A stretch of DNA of 64,000 nucleotides, from assembly GCF_009914755.1 (NCBI RefSeq), contig NC_060925.1. One strand, written 5' to 3'. The notes beneath the pieces were generated by a model. That model was not told the DNA's origin and made no database searches. It worked only from the letters and a program-made list of their open reading frames with translations. The stretch's first letter is position 1, and each line of letters begins with the position of its first letter. A program made the translations under genes and the position numbers. Positions 34,078-52,249 of this stretch are shown here, one piece after another. This DNA comes from the human T2T-CHM13v2.0 reference genome, Homo sapiens.

Positions 34078-36268
34078 GAATTCTGTGGCTTCATCTTATA
34101 GCTATTTCACTTTTCAGCCATATCCACACCGCCATTAAGCCCATCTGCTGAGTCTGTAATACTTTTTTCACTAATCAAAATTTTAATTTCCAAAGATAAC
34201 AAATTGATTTTTATATGGTTAAAATACCTTTCACATTTCTCATGCACATTATTCTCATGTATGTAAGTGTATTCTTTACACTTACAGATCTTAATCTGTG
34301 TTCCATTAACTATTTCCTAAATTATTACTTCTTTTATTTGTAGTTGGATAATTCTATTTCAAGTGTATTGGTTTGCATCAAATACTTGGCAATTTTGGGT
34401 TCTATCTTAATTTTTTAATTTGTATCCCCCACATCTGTCTTAAACTACTGTATCTGCTTACCCCAGCCCATATCCAGTGGTTGCAGGGAAAGGGCAGATC
34501 ACGCCACCAAGCAAAGTCTGCCAGTACCTAGTCTTCTGGGTATGAGGAATCCTTCTTCCTCCAAGATGTGCTCACCCTGGGCGCTATTCTATTAGCCTAA
34601 GCCTCCACAATTACTGATCCTAAATAAATAAATAAATAAAGGCAGATATCTCTGCTGTCACTGTGCACACATGGTGGAAGAGGTTTCAGAGTAACTACAT
34701 ATCCAATATTTACCAAGTCTCCCTTTCCATTGCCTGCATTCACTGGTTCTGAGCTTAAAGCACTACTGAAGCTTTTGCATGTATCTTCTCCTTAGATTAT
34801 TCTGTACTATAGTTTTCTCTTACATTCCAATCACACCTATCTTCTTTGTTTCAGAGATACCTCATAACTTCTAGTTCACCAAAAGTACTCCCTTTGGTCT
34901 TCCACTTACCAGTGCATATAATGTATAATATCTAGTATAATAGAAAAAAATAAGGGCTTTAGAATCTGATGCCCCTACATTCCAATCCTGACTACTCTAT
35001 TTTTTGGTTTGTGGGATCTCAGAGAAGTTACCTAACTACTCTGAGCCTGAGCCACCTTATCTGTTAAAACCTTAAATGAGATGAGTGCAAAGTGCCCAAT
35101 AAAATGCCCAGCACACAGTAAACCCATAAATGTTAATTCTCTTATCCTCTTGCCTAAACCAAGGTTAACAACCCTGTGCTTAGAAGTAGCAGATTTCCAT
35201 GATTCTGAGGTCAATATATTTTACAACTAACCTTTTTATTAAGATTTCTGATTATAGGTTTCTAACATATATGCACAGAGGTAAAGACTTTTGAATTATC
35301 TGACTGAGAAACAGTATTCTTCAGTAATGTCTAAAATTTGGCTACCAGAATACTTATCAAAATTGTAAGTTCATAAAAACAGCTCTTCTATATAAAGGGC
35401 AGCAGACTGTGCTTTTATTAGGTCACACTGAAACTAAAAAGCATGTCAGCATTATCCCCCAGAGTGATATTTAGCACAATGTAAAGCCTAGTGAAATAAG
35501 ACAGCCATGAGGGCAAAACAATCAGCAATGGATATATCACTTTTGCTAGTGCTATTTTGCATAGATTATTTCATTTGTGAAAACTATAATGCCGTATCAG
35601 AATTCTCCACTACTTCAATCATATCTCCTTCAGAAAAATCAAATAAGGTTAAGAAGATTCAGTATGAAGACCCTTCTCCATTATGCAAATTAGCAAATGA
35701 TTATTGTGTAAATCAGTTTTATTATACTTCTTAATCTGACTTGCTATTGCACAGTTTATTAGGAAAATAAATTTTGGCTAGAACAAAACATTATTTTTTA
35801 CAAATATTTACCTGATTGGATGTAGAGGTCAAAGACCTATAAATATTAGTTAGAAACAGCAGAGACCTTTCAAATAGCTTGGTCTGTAAAACTGCCTGTT
35901 AATTTTAACTTAGCTATTTAAGTTTCACTAAACTGGATTCTTTTTGAGAAATACAAATTATTCATCAATATCTACCCAATATTTCCTAAAAGAATTAGAC
36001 CACAAAATCATTATCATACATTAGTAGCTCTTAATGATTTATAATAATACAGAAATACTATTTTCCCATGAATTATATTTTACAAAGAAAGTAAAAGTAT
36101 TACAGAAATCCTAAGGAGTAAATATCTATACACAAAAGTTCTTCTTTTGTTTCTTCAGCTATTTTGTTTAAATAAATTTTCAGGTCTCATAAACATTACG
36201 AATCTGCCTTAATCCATTTAGAAATCTTACTCAATATTTGTAAATGTTGTAATAAACATATAACTTAC

Positions 36269-36337
36269 TTTCTGATGACAATTGCCCAGTCTTCTGTATA
36301 ACTTCTTATACAGTCTCTAACATGTGGATCCATTTCA
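36269..36337 (-). CDS. DOCK7: DOCK7 exon 4 (69 bp)
   Basis: tag|T GAA ATG...ATC AGA AA|gtaagt; (S)EMDPHVRDCIRSYTEDWAIVIR(K). Confidence 0.96.
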
Positions 36338-36526
36338 CTATTTTAAAAAGGAAAATACATTTGTAATTTAGACGGGACAGCACTGATGTTCATTAATTTG
36401 GTTGCTACAATCGCTGTTTGCGTAACAGGAAATGATGATGCTATAAGAAGTAGGCTCTAAATAAAATAATGGAAGGTAGCCTTTCTATAGTTCCTCTAAA
36501 GCCAAAAATAAGTCAATGTCTCCTTA

Positions 36527-36760
<234 letters not shown>

Positions 36761-37137
36761 TTAAAACTTAAGGCAAATAACATTTTTTTAAATAAAAGCT
36801 TTTAATCTAGTTCTTTCTAAAATTTTCACAGATATTCAACCAGATGCACTAAAGAAAACACAAAGTGTTACCCTTCTTGTACTCCTTGATGTTTTGGGTC
36901 ATACTCTCTTTAATGTCCTTGCTGACACTTTGCCCAGAACTCTCACATAAAAACACTAGTAAGAATTAACAGTTTTATTCTACTTTATAGTTTACAAAGT
37001 ACTCACTGGAAGGATTATTTTTGCTTTTTTATATCTTTGGATATTAAAAAAAAAAGTAAGTTGCTACGTTTCTAAACAGTGCTCTTACTTTATTTCTTGT
37101 TTTTGTTGATTATCCTAGTAAAAACATATAATCAGAC

Positions 37138-37657
37138 TGGGGTAGGCTAAAAAATGTCCCTCCAAAAATTCTCCACATCCTAACACATGGGCCCTGTACA
37201 TGTCACCTTATATGGAAAAAAATAAAAAATAAAACAGTCTTTGTAGATGTAATTAAGGATCTTAAAACGGGAGTATTATGCTGGATTATCCAGGTGGTTT
37301 CTAAATGCAATCACATATATCCTCATGAGGAGACAGAGGGAGATTAGGCTATACACAGAGAGAAAAAATTTGTATAAAGATGAAAAAGAGAGAGATTTGA
37401 ATATCCTGGCCTTGAAGATAGAGATGATGTGATCACAAGTCAAGGAATGCCAAAGCCATCAGAATTTGGAAGAGACAAAGAACTGATACTCCAGGAGAAA
37501 TCTGAAGAAAGCACAGCCCTGCCAAAACCTTATTTTAGTCCAGTGATACTGATTTCAGACTTTTGGCCTCTAGCACTGTGAGAGAATAAATTTCTTTTGT
37601 TTTAAGCCACCCAGTTTGTAGTACTTTGTTACAGTAGCCATACGAAAGGAATACACA
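37138..37657 (+). mobile_element. MaLR LTR (MLT1D-like)
   Basis: gatgtaattaaggatctt...ctggattatccaggtgg...gagaataaatttc...tttgttacagtagcc...ataca. Confidence 0.8.
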
Positions 37658-37921
37658 GGCCCTATTAAAACTACCCATTAATAATAATAAAAGACTGGTA
37701 GCATTCTTCAGCCAAGTTTTTAACCAGATACTTTTTAATAAAATACCATACTTCTTATCTAGTTCGAAAAAGAAAAAAATATTCAGACAAACCTATAAAG
37801 GATATAAAACAAACATGCAGTTATAGACCAATGAAAATAAGAACATGTTATTTCTCAGGATAGTCATCTGGAATAAAAACACTGAAACCTGCCTCTGTGC
37901 AGGTGCACATTATTAATCTGA

Positions 37922-38274
<353 letters not shown>

Positions 38275-40716
38275 ACTTAACATTTTAAAGATATTGAGTA
38301 AAATAATAAATAACACATCTTAAACACTCAAAAGATAGTAGTTATTTATCATTATCAGTATATGCCATCTCATTTAAACTTCCCCCAAACCCTGTAAGTT
38401 AGATATAATTACTATTTCAATTCTACAAATAAGGGCATTTGTGCTCAAAAAAGTTAACCAACATCTGAAAATATAATAGCCACAAAATGGTAGAGCAGAA
38501 ATTTGAAACTGGGTTTTCGAGCTCTAAAATTTTTTCTATGATTTTTTCTCTCATAAGCCTTCTACCTTACCTATCTTATTAAGTACAAATTATTCTATGA
38601 TGTTCTTAACAAAGAAAAAGAAAGCAATCCAACAGGAAAAGAGAAATCTTCTTTAACCATTGTTATTAGAACTGGATATCCACATATAAAAAATGAACCC
38701 CAATCTTTGTATCACAACATATACAAAAATTAAACTGAGATGGATCACAGACACAAACATACATGCTTAAAACTATAAAGCTATTTGAAGAAAACACAGC
38801 AAAATGTCCTTACAATTTGGGAGTAGGCCAAGTTTTCTTACACATGAAAAAAGAATAATCATAAAAGAAAAATTTGATTCCTTAAAAGACACTGTTAAGA
38901 AAATGATGAACAAGCCACACTAAGAGAAAGTATTTACAAAACATTTGATAAAGGACTAGTAATTAGAATATATGAAGAAGTCCTGTATCTCAATAATTTT
39001 TTAAAAAGCCAAACCCTCAAATAAATGGGAAAAAATAAAGCACATAAAAAAGTGCTCAAACATCAAAAGTCACTAGGGGGTACTTTCCCTTCTGGAAAGA
39101 TGAAGTAGAAGTACTTTTCTCTATTCTTTCCACTAAGTACAACAGCCTAGATATTACATAGAAAACAAACCTAAGAAGACTCTGAAAGGTATAGAGAAAA
39201 AGGCTGGCCGGCAGGGACATCAGAACCCAGGGAATGGCATGACAGTGAGTTACTTCAAAATTTCTTTTTGCCTTATACATTCCAGACTTAGAACCAGAAA
39301 AGCCCACAACCCAGAATACACCAAGAAGCCCTAGGGGTGGGAGGGCCGGGGGGTGGGGAGCCTATTTTCCCCAGCCAAAAGATCAAAAAAGAAGCAGCCT
39401 GACAAAACAAAAAACATTTAGACTATAACTGCACAAAGGCCAAGTGGGGAGCTAGATTTCTTCCCTCACAAAGCTGTAACAAGGCATCCCAACTCTCCCC
39501 ACCAGGGTAGTATCAGAGAAGCACAAGTAGGGTGTTGGGATTTTCCTATCTACCGAGCAATAATGAATCTCTTACTCCCAAAGTCTCAGTAGAGACCACT
39601 AAGGGAATCTGGACATCAACTCCTATGAAGCAGCAACATGGCTCCTCTTTCCTTTATCACTTGGGAACTGTCAGAGAAGGTCTAGTGGAGAGTAAGTACG
39701 TTCACCAATGCCTAGTGTAACAAGGTCACACAACCTTGGGTGTCAGTGGTGGCCATGTGAGGAACAGTAAGGAGCACTACTACCCTTCCCAGCTAAATAG
39801 TGTGGGCTGTGGTCCAGTAGAAGTGGGAACCCTCCCTCCTGCTCAACAGTAAGTAACAAGGAGTCCTTCCCCTCCTTGTGTACCAAAAGAAGACAAGTAA
39901 GAAATCTGAACTTCTACTCCGTCTGGCCAAAACAAGATAGCATCCACCTATAACTAGAGCAATATCAAAGAAAACCAGCTAAAATATGTTTAAATAAGAC
40001 CTAGAAATTAACAACATAAGACCCAAAAGGTCCAAGTTCCAATAAAAAAATCTCTCATCATACTAAGAACGAGGAAAATCTTAACTCTAATTAAAAAGAC
40101 AACTTATAGATGTTAATACCAAGATAAGTGATCTTAGCATTATATGACAAAGATTTCAAGGCAAACATCAGAAAAATAATTCAACAGCAATTGTAAACAC
40201 TCTTAAAATAAATGAAAAACCAGAAACTCTCTGTAAAGAAACAAAGTCTCGGCAAAGAAACAGAAGATATAAAGAACTAAATGGAAATTTTAGAACTGAA
40301 AATTCAACAGACAAATTCAATAGCAGAAAAGAGGGGACAGAGGAGGTAAAAATCAGCTACCTTGAAGAAAGAAAAATAGAAATTATCCAATCTGAACAGC
40401 ATTAAAAGAAAAACAGAGTGAAAAATCAAAACAAAACAAAAACAAAAATAAAAAACATCTTCAGGGACAAACTACACTAAAATATCCAATACTGGCATCA
40501 CCAGAGTCCTAGAAAGTGAGAAAAAAGAAGGCAGGGCTGAAATATATCTGAAAAAACAATGGCTGAAAACTTCTAAATTTCATAAAAAGACATAAGCCTA
40601 CAGACTCAAGAAGCTAAGCAAACCTTAAACAGGATAAACCCAAAGAAATATGTACCATGACACAGCAACCAAATTTAGACAAAGAAAAAAAAAAAAGAAA
40701 GAAAAGAAAAAAGAAA

Positions 40717-41085
<369 letters not shown>

Positions 41086-41178
41086 CTAGATTTCTCATAA
41101 AAAATCATGGCAGTCAAAAGAAAGTGGCACAACATTTTTCAAGTGCTGAAAGAAAATAACTGACCACCTGGAATTTTA

Positions 41179-41519
<341 letters not shown>

Positions 41520-43365
41520 TGAAGGGGAAATCAAGACATACTCCGATAAAATAAAACTAAGAGACTCTGTCACCAGCAGATCTATTCTAAAAGAATGGCT
41601 AAAAGAAATTCCTTAAACCAAAAGGAAATAATAAAAGGTATCTGGAAATATAATAAAAGGTATCTGGAAATATTAGGAAGGAAAAAGAAACACAGCACGA
41701 GCAAAAAATATAGGTAAATACAATAGACTTTCCTTTTCCTCTTGACTTTTCTAAATTGTCCAGTATGATTCTAAGTGTTTATAGAAAAATGTTTAAGACA
41801 ATTATATACAGGAGAGGGTAAAGGGATGTAAAAATAGGTAAGGTTTCTACACTTTACTCAAACTGGTAATATATCAACACCAATACTGTGATAAGTCATG
41901 GATATAACACAATACCTTGTGCAGCCACTAAAAAAGCTATACAAAGAGATACTCTCCACAACACTATAAATCAAAATGGAATTCTAAAAAATGTTTAGGT
42001 AACCCCAGAGAAGTAGAAAAAAAGAAAACAGAGAGATGAAAAATAGAGAATAAACAAAAAATAAAATGGTAGATTTAAACCCTAACAGAGTAACAACATT
42101 AAATTACAAATTTATACATTGTATTATAAATGTAAATGTAAACAGTAAGAGATTAGCAGAAAGGACTTTAAAATATGACCTAACAATGTGGTATCTACAA
42201 ATAACTCACTTCAAATAACACAACATAGGTAGGTTGAAAATAGAAGTATGGAAAAAGATATACCAGGCGACAATTATTCAAAAGAAAGCTGGAGTGGCTA
42301 AGTTAATAAGGGAAAACACAGACTTCAGAGCAAAGAACCGTATCAAATAGAGAGGGACATTACCTTCATTATAAAAGGAATGATCCAAGAGGACATAGCA
42401 ATCTTAAATGTGTATGTACTAAATAACAGAGTTATACTCTGTGTATGTACTAAATAACAGAGCTATAAAATAGGTGTAGCAAAAACTGATTGAACTGAAA
42501 GAAGAAATAAGACATATCACAATTATACTTGCAGAATTCAAGAGATCTCTTTTCTGCAGATTCTAGAAAATCAACAAGGATACAGTATAATTCAAAAGCA
42601 CCATCAACCAATAGATCTAACTGACATTTATAGAACACTCCACCCGATGACAACAGAATATACATTCTTTACAAAGGTCCCAAAAGTATACACCAAGACA
42701 GACCATACTCTGACCCATAAAACAAACTTCAACAAATTTAAAAAGAACTGAAATCAGACAGAATGTGTTCTCTGACTATAGTAGAATCAAACTAGAAAGT
42801 GGCAACAGAAAGATAATAGGAAAATCTTCAAACACTTAGAAATTAAACATACTTCTGAATAATCCATGAGTTACAAAAGTCTGAAAAATGAAATGAAAAA
42901 ATACATTGAACTAAATGAAAATACAACATAAAATTTGCAGATAGGGAAATGTAAACCAAAAGTATAAGTGAGATACCACTTGGTACCCATTAGAATGGCT
43001 ATTATTTTTAAAATGGTTAATAACAAGTGTGGACAACAATATGGAGAAATTTGAACCCTTGTGCATTGACGGTGGAAATGTAAAATGATACAGTTGCTAG
43101 GAAAAACAGATTGGTGGCTCCTCAAAAAGCATACAATAAACACAGAATTACTCTATGATCTAGCAATTCCAGTTCTAGGTATATACCCAAAAGAACTGAA
43201 AACAGTAAATCAAAAAGCTAATTGTACTCTCATGTTCATAGCAGCATTATTCACAATAGCCAAAAGTTTGCAAACAACCCCAATGTCCATCAAAATTAAT
43301 GAATAAACAAAATGTGGCATATACATATAATGGAGTACTATTCAGCCTTAAAAATGAATTAAATC

Positions 43366-43658
43366 AGCCACGCATGGTGGCTCACATCTGTAATCCCAAC
43401 ACTTTGGGAGGCCAAAGAGGATCACTTGAACCCAGGAGTTCAAGACCAGCCTAGGCAACATAGTGAGACCCTGTCTCTATAAAAAATACAAAAATTAGCC
43501 AGGCATGATGGCATGCGCATGTAGTCCCAACTACTCAGGAGGCTGATATGGGAGGATCACTTGAGCCTGGAAGGTCAAGGCTATAGTGAGCTATGATGGT
43601 ACCATGGTACTCAGCCTCGATGATAAAGCAAGAACCTGTCTGAAAAAAAAAAAAAAAG
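43366..43658 (+). mobile_element. AluJ
   Basis: Diverged dimeric Alu. Confidence 0.9.
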
Positions 43659-45025
43659 ATACAGGCCACAACCTGAATAAACCTTTAAAACATTCTGCTA
43701 AGTAAAATAAGCTAGACACAAAAGGACAAATACTGTATGATTCCACTTACATCAGGTACACAGAAGAGGCAAATTCATAAAGGCAGGAAAGAGAATATAT
43801 TATCAGGAGTTGGGAAGGGGGGAAAATGGGAAGTTATTGTTTAATGGGTACAGGGTTTCAGTATGGGATAATGAAAAAGTTCTGGAGATAAATAGTGGTG
43901 ATGGTTGTACAATACTGTAAATGTACTTAATGCCAGTGAATTGTATAAATAAAACTGGTTAGAATGGTAAATTTTATGTTATGTATATTTTACCACTATA
44001 TCTATTATATATACAAATATAGCATGTAAGTATATATTATACATATATAAATATTTTTTTAAATTCAATTTTTTTCTAATTCAGCGTTTTTTGCCCAGAT
44101 ATTATTTCTAGGGCAGTATATAGCTCAGAATTTAAAATGTCACAAATAAATACTCAGTGAAAATAATGACAAAACCTGGGAAGTCGCTACCTATGACTAA
44201 TTCAATGGGTTCATGGATTCTAGGTCCTAGTGATGTGGAAGGACAATTGGAGTCAGGGTACCAGAACAAGAAGGCCATAAAGATAAGAGGTGGTGATCAG
44301 AGAGTGGGAAGTGTAAAACTAAGATTACATATGGGTTATAGTTATTCATAATGACAAAAATCTAAGGTCTGATTATAGAAATTTTGAGTAGTTAAGGTGT
44401 AATTCAGGATGCAAAATAATATCACTGGAAGAGAGGCGTTCAAGACACCAAGAGCATTTTGGAAGGATTATCTCCATGTACATTGAAATCAGCCAAAAAT
44501 CCATATATTCTAAAATTTCTGCAATTAGCATGTTACTGTAATTAAAAGTAAACTTTATGTTTTCAAATTTTAGTAACATAAACATTATATCATTATAAGT
44601 CGATCAAACTGTTATTTCCCAGTTTGTTCAATAACACGTACCCTTTCACAGCTAAATGGAAAATGCTAATATATAACTCCACCCTATCATGCTTATTTGC
44701 TTTTTTTAGTTTCCCACAGCATTTTGTAAAAATGACCTCTAATTTTAAGACAAATGGAGGTATGTTTTTAATTCATATTTCTAATATAATAAATATTAGT
44801 TTTTATCAAAACTGAATTTCCTCATGCCAGCTTCTTTAATAAGAGAACATTTATGTCTCTGACACAGTACTGGGCTTACAGTAATAATTCAATAAATATA
44901 AATTCATTTATCTTAAAGGGGACAGATAATACTACAAACCCAAATAATTTACTTTGGTGCTTGTTTCTAGAATAGATTCCTAAATTTTCACATAATGAAT
45001 CACCTTCAGTCTTTAAAAGTTCTAG

Positions 45026-45382
<357 letters not shown>

Positions 45383-45548
45383 CTAGGAAACTAGCAATTC
45401 TATAACACCCCCAACATCCTCTCCCAACTCAGATTTCAACAAAATGAGGTAACAAGTAAGGTTATGAGACTAATGACGGAACCCAATTAGCTCTTATCTT
45501 TCCACTATTTTTTCATGGCCTAGTCAATCATACACCAAGAAGAGACTA

Positions 45549-45704
<156 letters not shown>

Positions 45705-46753
45705 TTATTGAAAAAAAAAAAAACTAAACTAGTTTAAAATGGAGGGAAGCTAAATACATTAAAGATTCATTTAAAGAAAAACAAAATCTCAGCATAACAA
45801 TAAGGCTAGAAATTCGTAAAATATTTTAGGAAATGCTTTTCTAGTTTATAATTACATTACAACGTCTTATGTTGATGTAGGGTACAAGACTGACAGACAA
45901 CCCATATGAGGTTTTTTCTTATATGGCATTTTAGGGAACACACTTTGGCCTACAATAGAGCTGCAACTATAGAGCTGGCTCTGTAGTTGGGAGCTATAAA
46001 AAGATGTGTATATTAAAATGTATATACTTTAAAGTATACACTTAAAATGTATATTAAATTAAAATATATATACACTTTAAAGTATAAGAATTAGGAATAA
46101 AAAACTCTAGAGTGTTTTCAAGCTAATGATTTAATTCAGAGCCCTGACCATCTTGGTCCCCATTAGAGTTTCCAGCTGAGTTTCAAGATAATCTCATTTT
46201 CCTAAAAGTATCTAGATTTAAGATATAATCTTTTCTCCTGCTTCTCTTCAATTCCTCCTTCCTTCTTTCATATTCAATCATTTCACACACTTTTACTGAG
46301 CACTGTTACGAGCCAACTACACAACTGGAAATGTTTACACAAAAATAAGAGTTATCATTCTTTAGGGCTTAAGATACTGAATTAGCTCAACCTTTTTCAA
46401 GTAGGTGACTTGAGGTACTTTATATATTTGTGTTTTAAAAGGCTAACTTCCTATTCATAATTGCCAAACTTTGGAAGCATCAAGCTATCCTTCAATGGGT
46501 AACTGGATAAACAAACTGTGTTACATCTATACAATGAAGTATTATTCAATGATAAAAAGAAATGAGTTATCAAGCCATGAAAGACATAGAGGAACCTTAA
46601 AAGAATATTGCTAAGTGAAAGAAGCCAATCTGTATGATTCCAACTATATTTTATTCTGAAGAAGGCAAAACTATGGAAGACAGTAAAAAGACCAGTGGTT
46701 GTCAGGGGCTAGAGTGGGGACAAGAAAGGAAGAATGAATAAGTAGAAATAGGG

Positions 46754-47121
46754 TGATATGGTTTAACTGTGTCCCCACCCAAATCTCATCTTGAATTATA
46801 GCTCCCATAATTCCCATGTGTTGTGGGAGGGACCCTGTGAGAGAAAACTGAATCATGGGGTCAGTTTCCCCCATACTGTTCTCATGGTAGTGAAGAAGTC
46901 TCATGAGATCTGATGGTTTTATAAGGGGTTTCCCCTTTTGCTTGGCTCTCATTCTCTCCAGCCACCATGTAAGATGTCCCTCTGCTCCTCCTTCGTCTTC
47001 TGCCATGATTGTGAGGCCTCCCCAGCCATGTGGAACTACGAGTCCATTAAACCACTTTCCTTTATGAATTACCCAGTCTTGGATATATCTTTATTAGCAG
47101 CATGACAAAAAAACTCCTACA
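46754..47121 (+). mobile_element. THE1 solo LTR inserted into an L1MC-type 3' end (~46450-47330)
   Basis: tgatatggttt..ctgtgtccccacccaaatctcatcttgaatt...ctttattagcagcatga. Confidence 0.9.
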
Positions 47122-47534
47122 CGGGATGTTTCGGACAATGAAACTTTTAGTTAATAACAATGTACATCAATATTGGCTCATCAATTATAACAAATGTACC
47201 ATACTAATGCAAGATGCTAACTGGAGAAATTTGGGAGAGAAGAGAGAATGTATAAGAACTTTCTATACTTTCCATTCATTTTTCTGTAAACCTAAAACTG
47301 CCCCCTCCCAAAAAAGTCTACTAGTTTAAAAAAAAAAAAAAAAGTTAACGACAAGGGAGGAAGACAACAGCACCAAAGCACCAAGAAAACAATTAGAGGT
47401 TAGAGCTGAAATCTGGAGAGAGAATGAAATCTTTGAGAGGGAGAACAGATTCAGGAGAGGGCAAAGGGCAAATTATGTAATCCTTTGTCTGAAAAGACAG
47501 GAACATTCGCTTCAGTTTAGGACTCCATTAGGGC

Positions 47535-48733
<1,199 letters not shown>

Positions 48734-50077
48734 ATCACTAATTGTTAAGAAATGACATTACTCCATGTACAGCTAATAAATAAAAACTTTGCCAATTAAC
48801 CACCATACCATCAGTTAATTGAAGATTTCAGATGTTAAAATGTGAAATTTAAAATAATGAAACATAGTTACTTCAAAAAGAGGCAATCTTTTGTTTAATA
48901 ACAGACATAAAAACGATAATCCTCATATTGCAAATATCTTTCTACATGACATTAATTTCCCCCCAAAAAAGAAAATCTATTAATTTGAAAATAAGTTGTG
49001 ATAATGCAACAAGAACCATTTCCAAACTGAGCTATAGTAGCCATAAAAATATGTGCAACCCAGACAAGGGATGCATTTACAACTGGGACCTTCTGCAAAG
49101 ATTTCATAAAATGGTAGTGAAGGAATCTTCCCAAATAAAAAAACTCTATCTCTTAACCATATCATGATCCAAAGTATGCAAGAAAGAAATGTTAATGAAT
49201 AAATATAAGCCCTGATACCAGTTAAAATCCTTTATCAGAGGTTACTTTTTCCAATCAGATTTTTTCTTACTCCTAGTGATAGCTCAGAAAGAAAAACAAG
49301 GCAGTCTTTTTTCCTTCTAATGAACCATTAATATTAACTGCAAAGTAGAAAAGGTCAAAAATTCTGTAGTTACTTATGCCCCTAAATTATAATATGAAAA
49401 AACCTTCTATCCCTCCCAAGAAAACATGATCCAGTATTTGACCTATTTATCTCTTTATCCACTCTCTCCATTCCTACAAGCTACGTATGTCAACACACAT
49501 TACAGTTTTCACAAAAGAAAGCATCCGCTCAGGCCATTCATTATATGATGTTGGAAATAACTAGCAAAAGACCCACATTCCGAGAGAAAATTATGTTGCA
49601 TTTAACCTTTCTTCTAACCCACTCCTACTTTCAGACACCCTATCTAGTCATGATTTCCAGAATGAACCAAGGGGTGATAAGGCCAATCTGTGCCTGCCTC
49701 TCTCTAGTCATTCTTCATGGGACCAGAAGTAAAGCCTGAGAAAAAATGAATAAGGAGAGTTCATACTAAAGTCATAAGAAAGTTTAGTTGAGCTGCTCCT
49801 ATAAAGTCACAAAAAAAATAGCTGGAATGTACTATGTTAAATAATAAGGTATCTTGGAACTGGCATTATTTGTATCTGAGATAGAAGTCAGGGAAGAAAT
49901 GAAGGGTAAAGGATATATCAGGGACAAAGAAAAAAAGGACTAGCTAAAAATCCCCAAAAGAAAAGGAAGAGAGCAGCTGACACTGCAGTAGTGTAACTAT
50001 CTAAGTTCAAAACTGATGAATGATGGGTTGTATCAGAGTGTTAGAACTGAGTTGGAATTAACAATAAAGAAAACAAG

Positions 50078-50735
<658 letters not shown>

Positions 50736-51159
50736 CTATTGCGAGGAAGCCATCAGACAAAAACTAGAAGGCAGGTCATGCTATGTGCCAAAATCTCTTA
50801 CGGGTCAATGTGGTGGATAAATTAACAAGTAAAGGCAGTGGACTAAGTTTTAGTGTAAAAAAGACTTAAGACTAAAAGGCAAAGTCTATTTAAGAGGGTG
50901 GAAAAACAGATTTATGAGATATAACCAAATGCAACATATGGTTACTACTGGATCCTGATTTGAACAAACCAGCTGTAAAATATATTTTGGGGGATGAGAA
51001 ATTTGAACATGGGCAAGGTAATACATAAGAGTCATTAGGGTTTTTTTAAAATGTTTTTACTGTGTGGAAAGCAGCATATAGTAAAATGTCCTTGTATTAA
51101 TATTTTAGAGATGCAAATGATATTTGTAATTTAGCTTAAAAGTCTTCAGTTGGAGGCTT

Positions 51160-51484
<325 letters not shown>

Positions 51485-52249
51485 GGCTTCAATTATTATT
51501 ATTCTGCCTTAGTGGGGAAACGAACAAATCAAATATGAAGTAAGATGGGGCAAATAAACTTCAAGAGGTATGTATATCACATCCTCCATAAAGCCCTGCC
51601 TGATTCTTTCTGTTCCATACAATTGAGTGTCTAAATCTGTTTGGACACTCCTCCCTATACTTTCAAAGCACCCTGTGCTTATCTGCATACATTCAAGGAA
51701 AAGGAGCTTCCAGGAGACAAATTCAGACAGGCAGCAGACTAGCCACTGACTGCTTTCTCTTGTTGAATAAGAACATTGCCTTGCTAATTGAGTTTGATTT
51801 CAGTAGTGGGAAAGCCCAATGTTTGTAAGCACTCTCTTTGATAGTAGCATGTAAGTTGAAAAGGTTTCTATGGAACAGTAGTTATGCAACCCATAAGTAT
51901 AAAAGTATGGTGGGGGGAAAAGAGTACAGTGAAGTATCAAGAATTTGGCTTTCCGGGTCTGACACACTACTTCAGAAGCACCTTTGCAACCTCCTTGAGG
52001 AATAGACAAGAAAACTTCACGTCTGATTGGGGTATTCTATGCTGTCTCTTACTTGGTATAAATGTCCCAAAACAGGTTCATTTCTGCCATTCAAGAAATT
52101 ACATGTTTTCAAACTCTAGTGGCATTTTTCTATCTCATTGTGATAACCAAGCAATACCAAAGTCACAGCACCTATCAAATTGTTTTGAAATCTGTTTACC
52201 TATCTCCTTACAAGGAATGAAGCAATTAAAAGTCAAAACTTCATCTTAT

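Noticed and set aside
35670-35720. Octamer ATGCAAAT with adjacent CATT and FOX-like motifs in repeat-poor intron 4 sequence
   Set aside because: It lacks the CATTGT Sox half-site, and the octamer occurs several times in this AT-rich window. An enhancer cannot be supported without conservation data.
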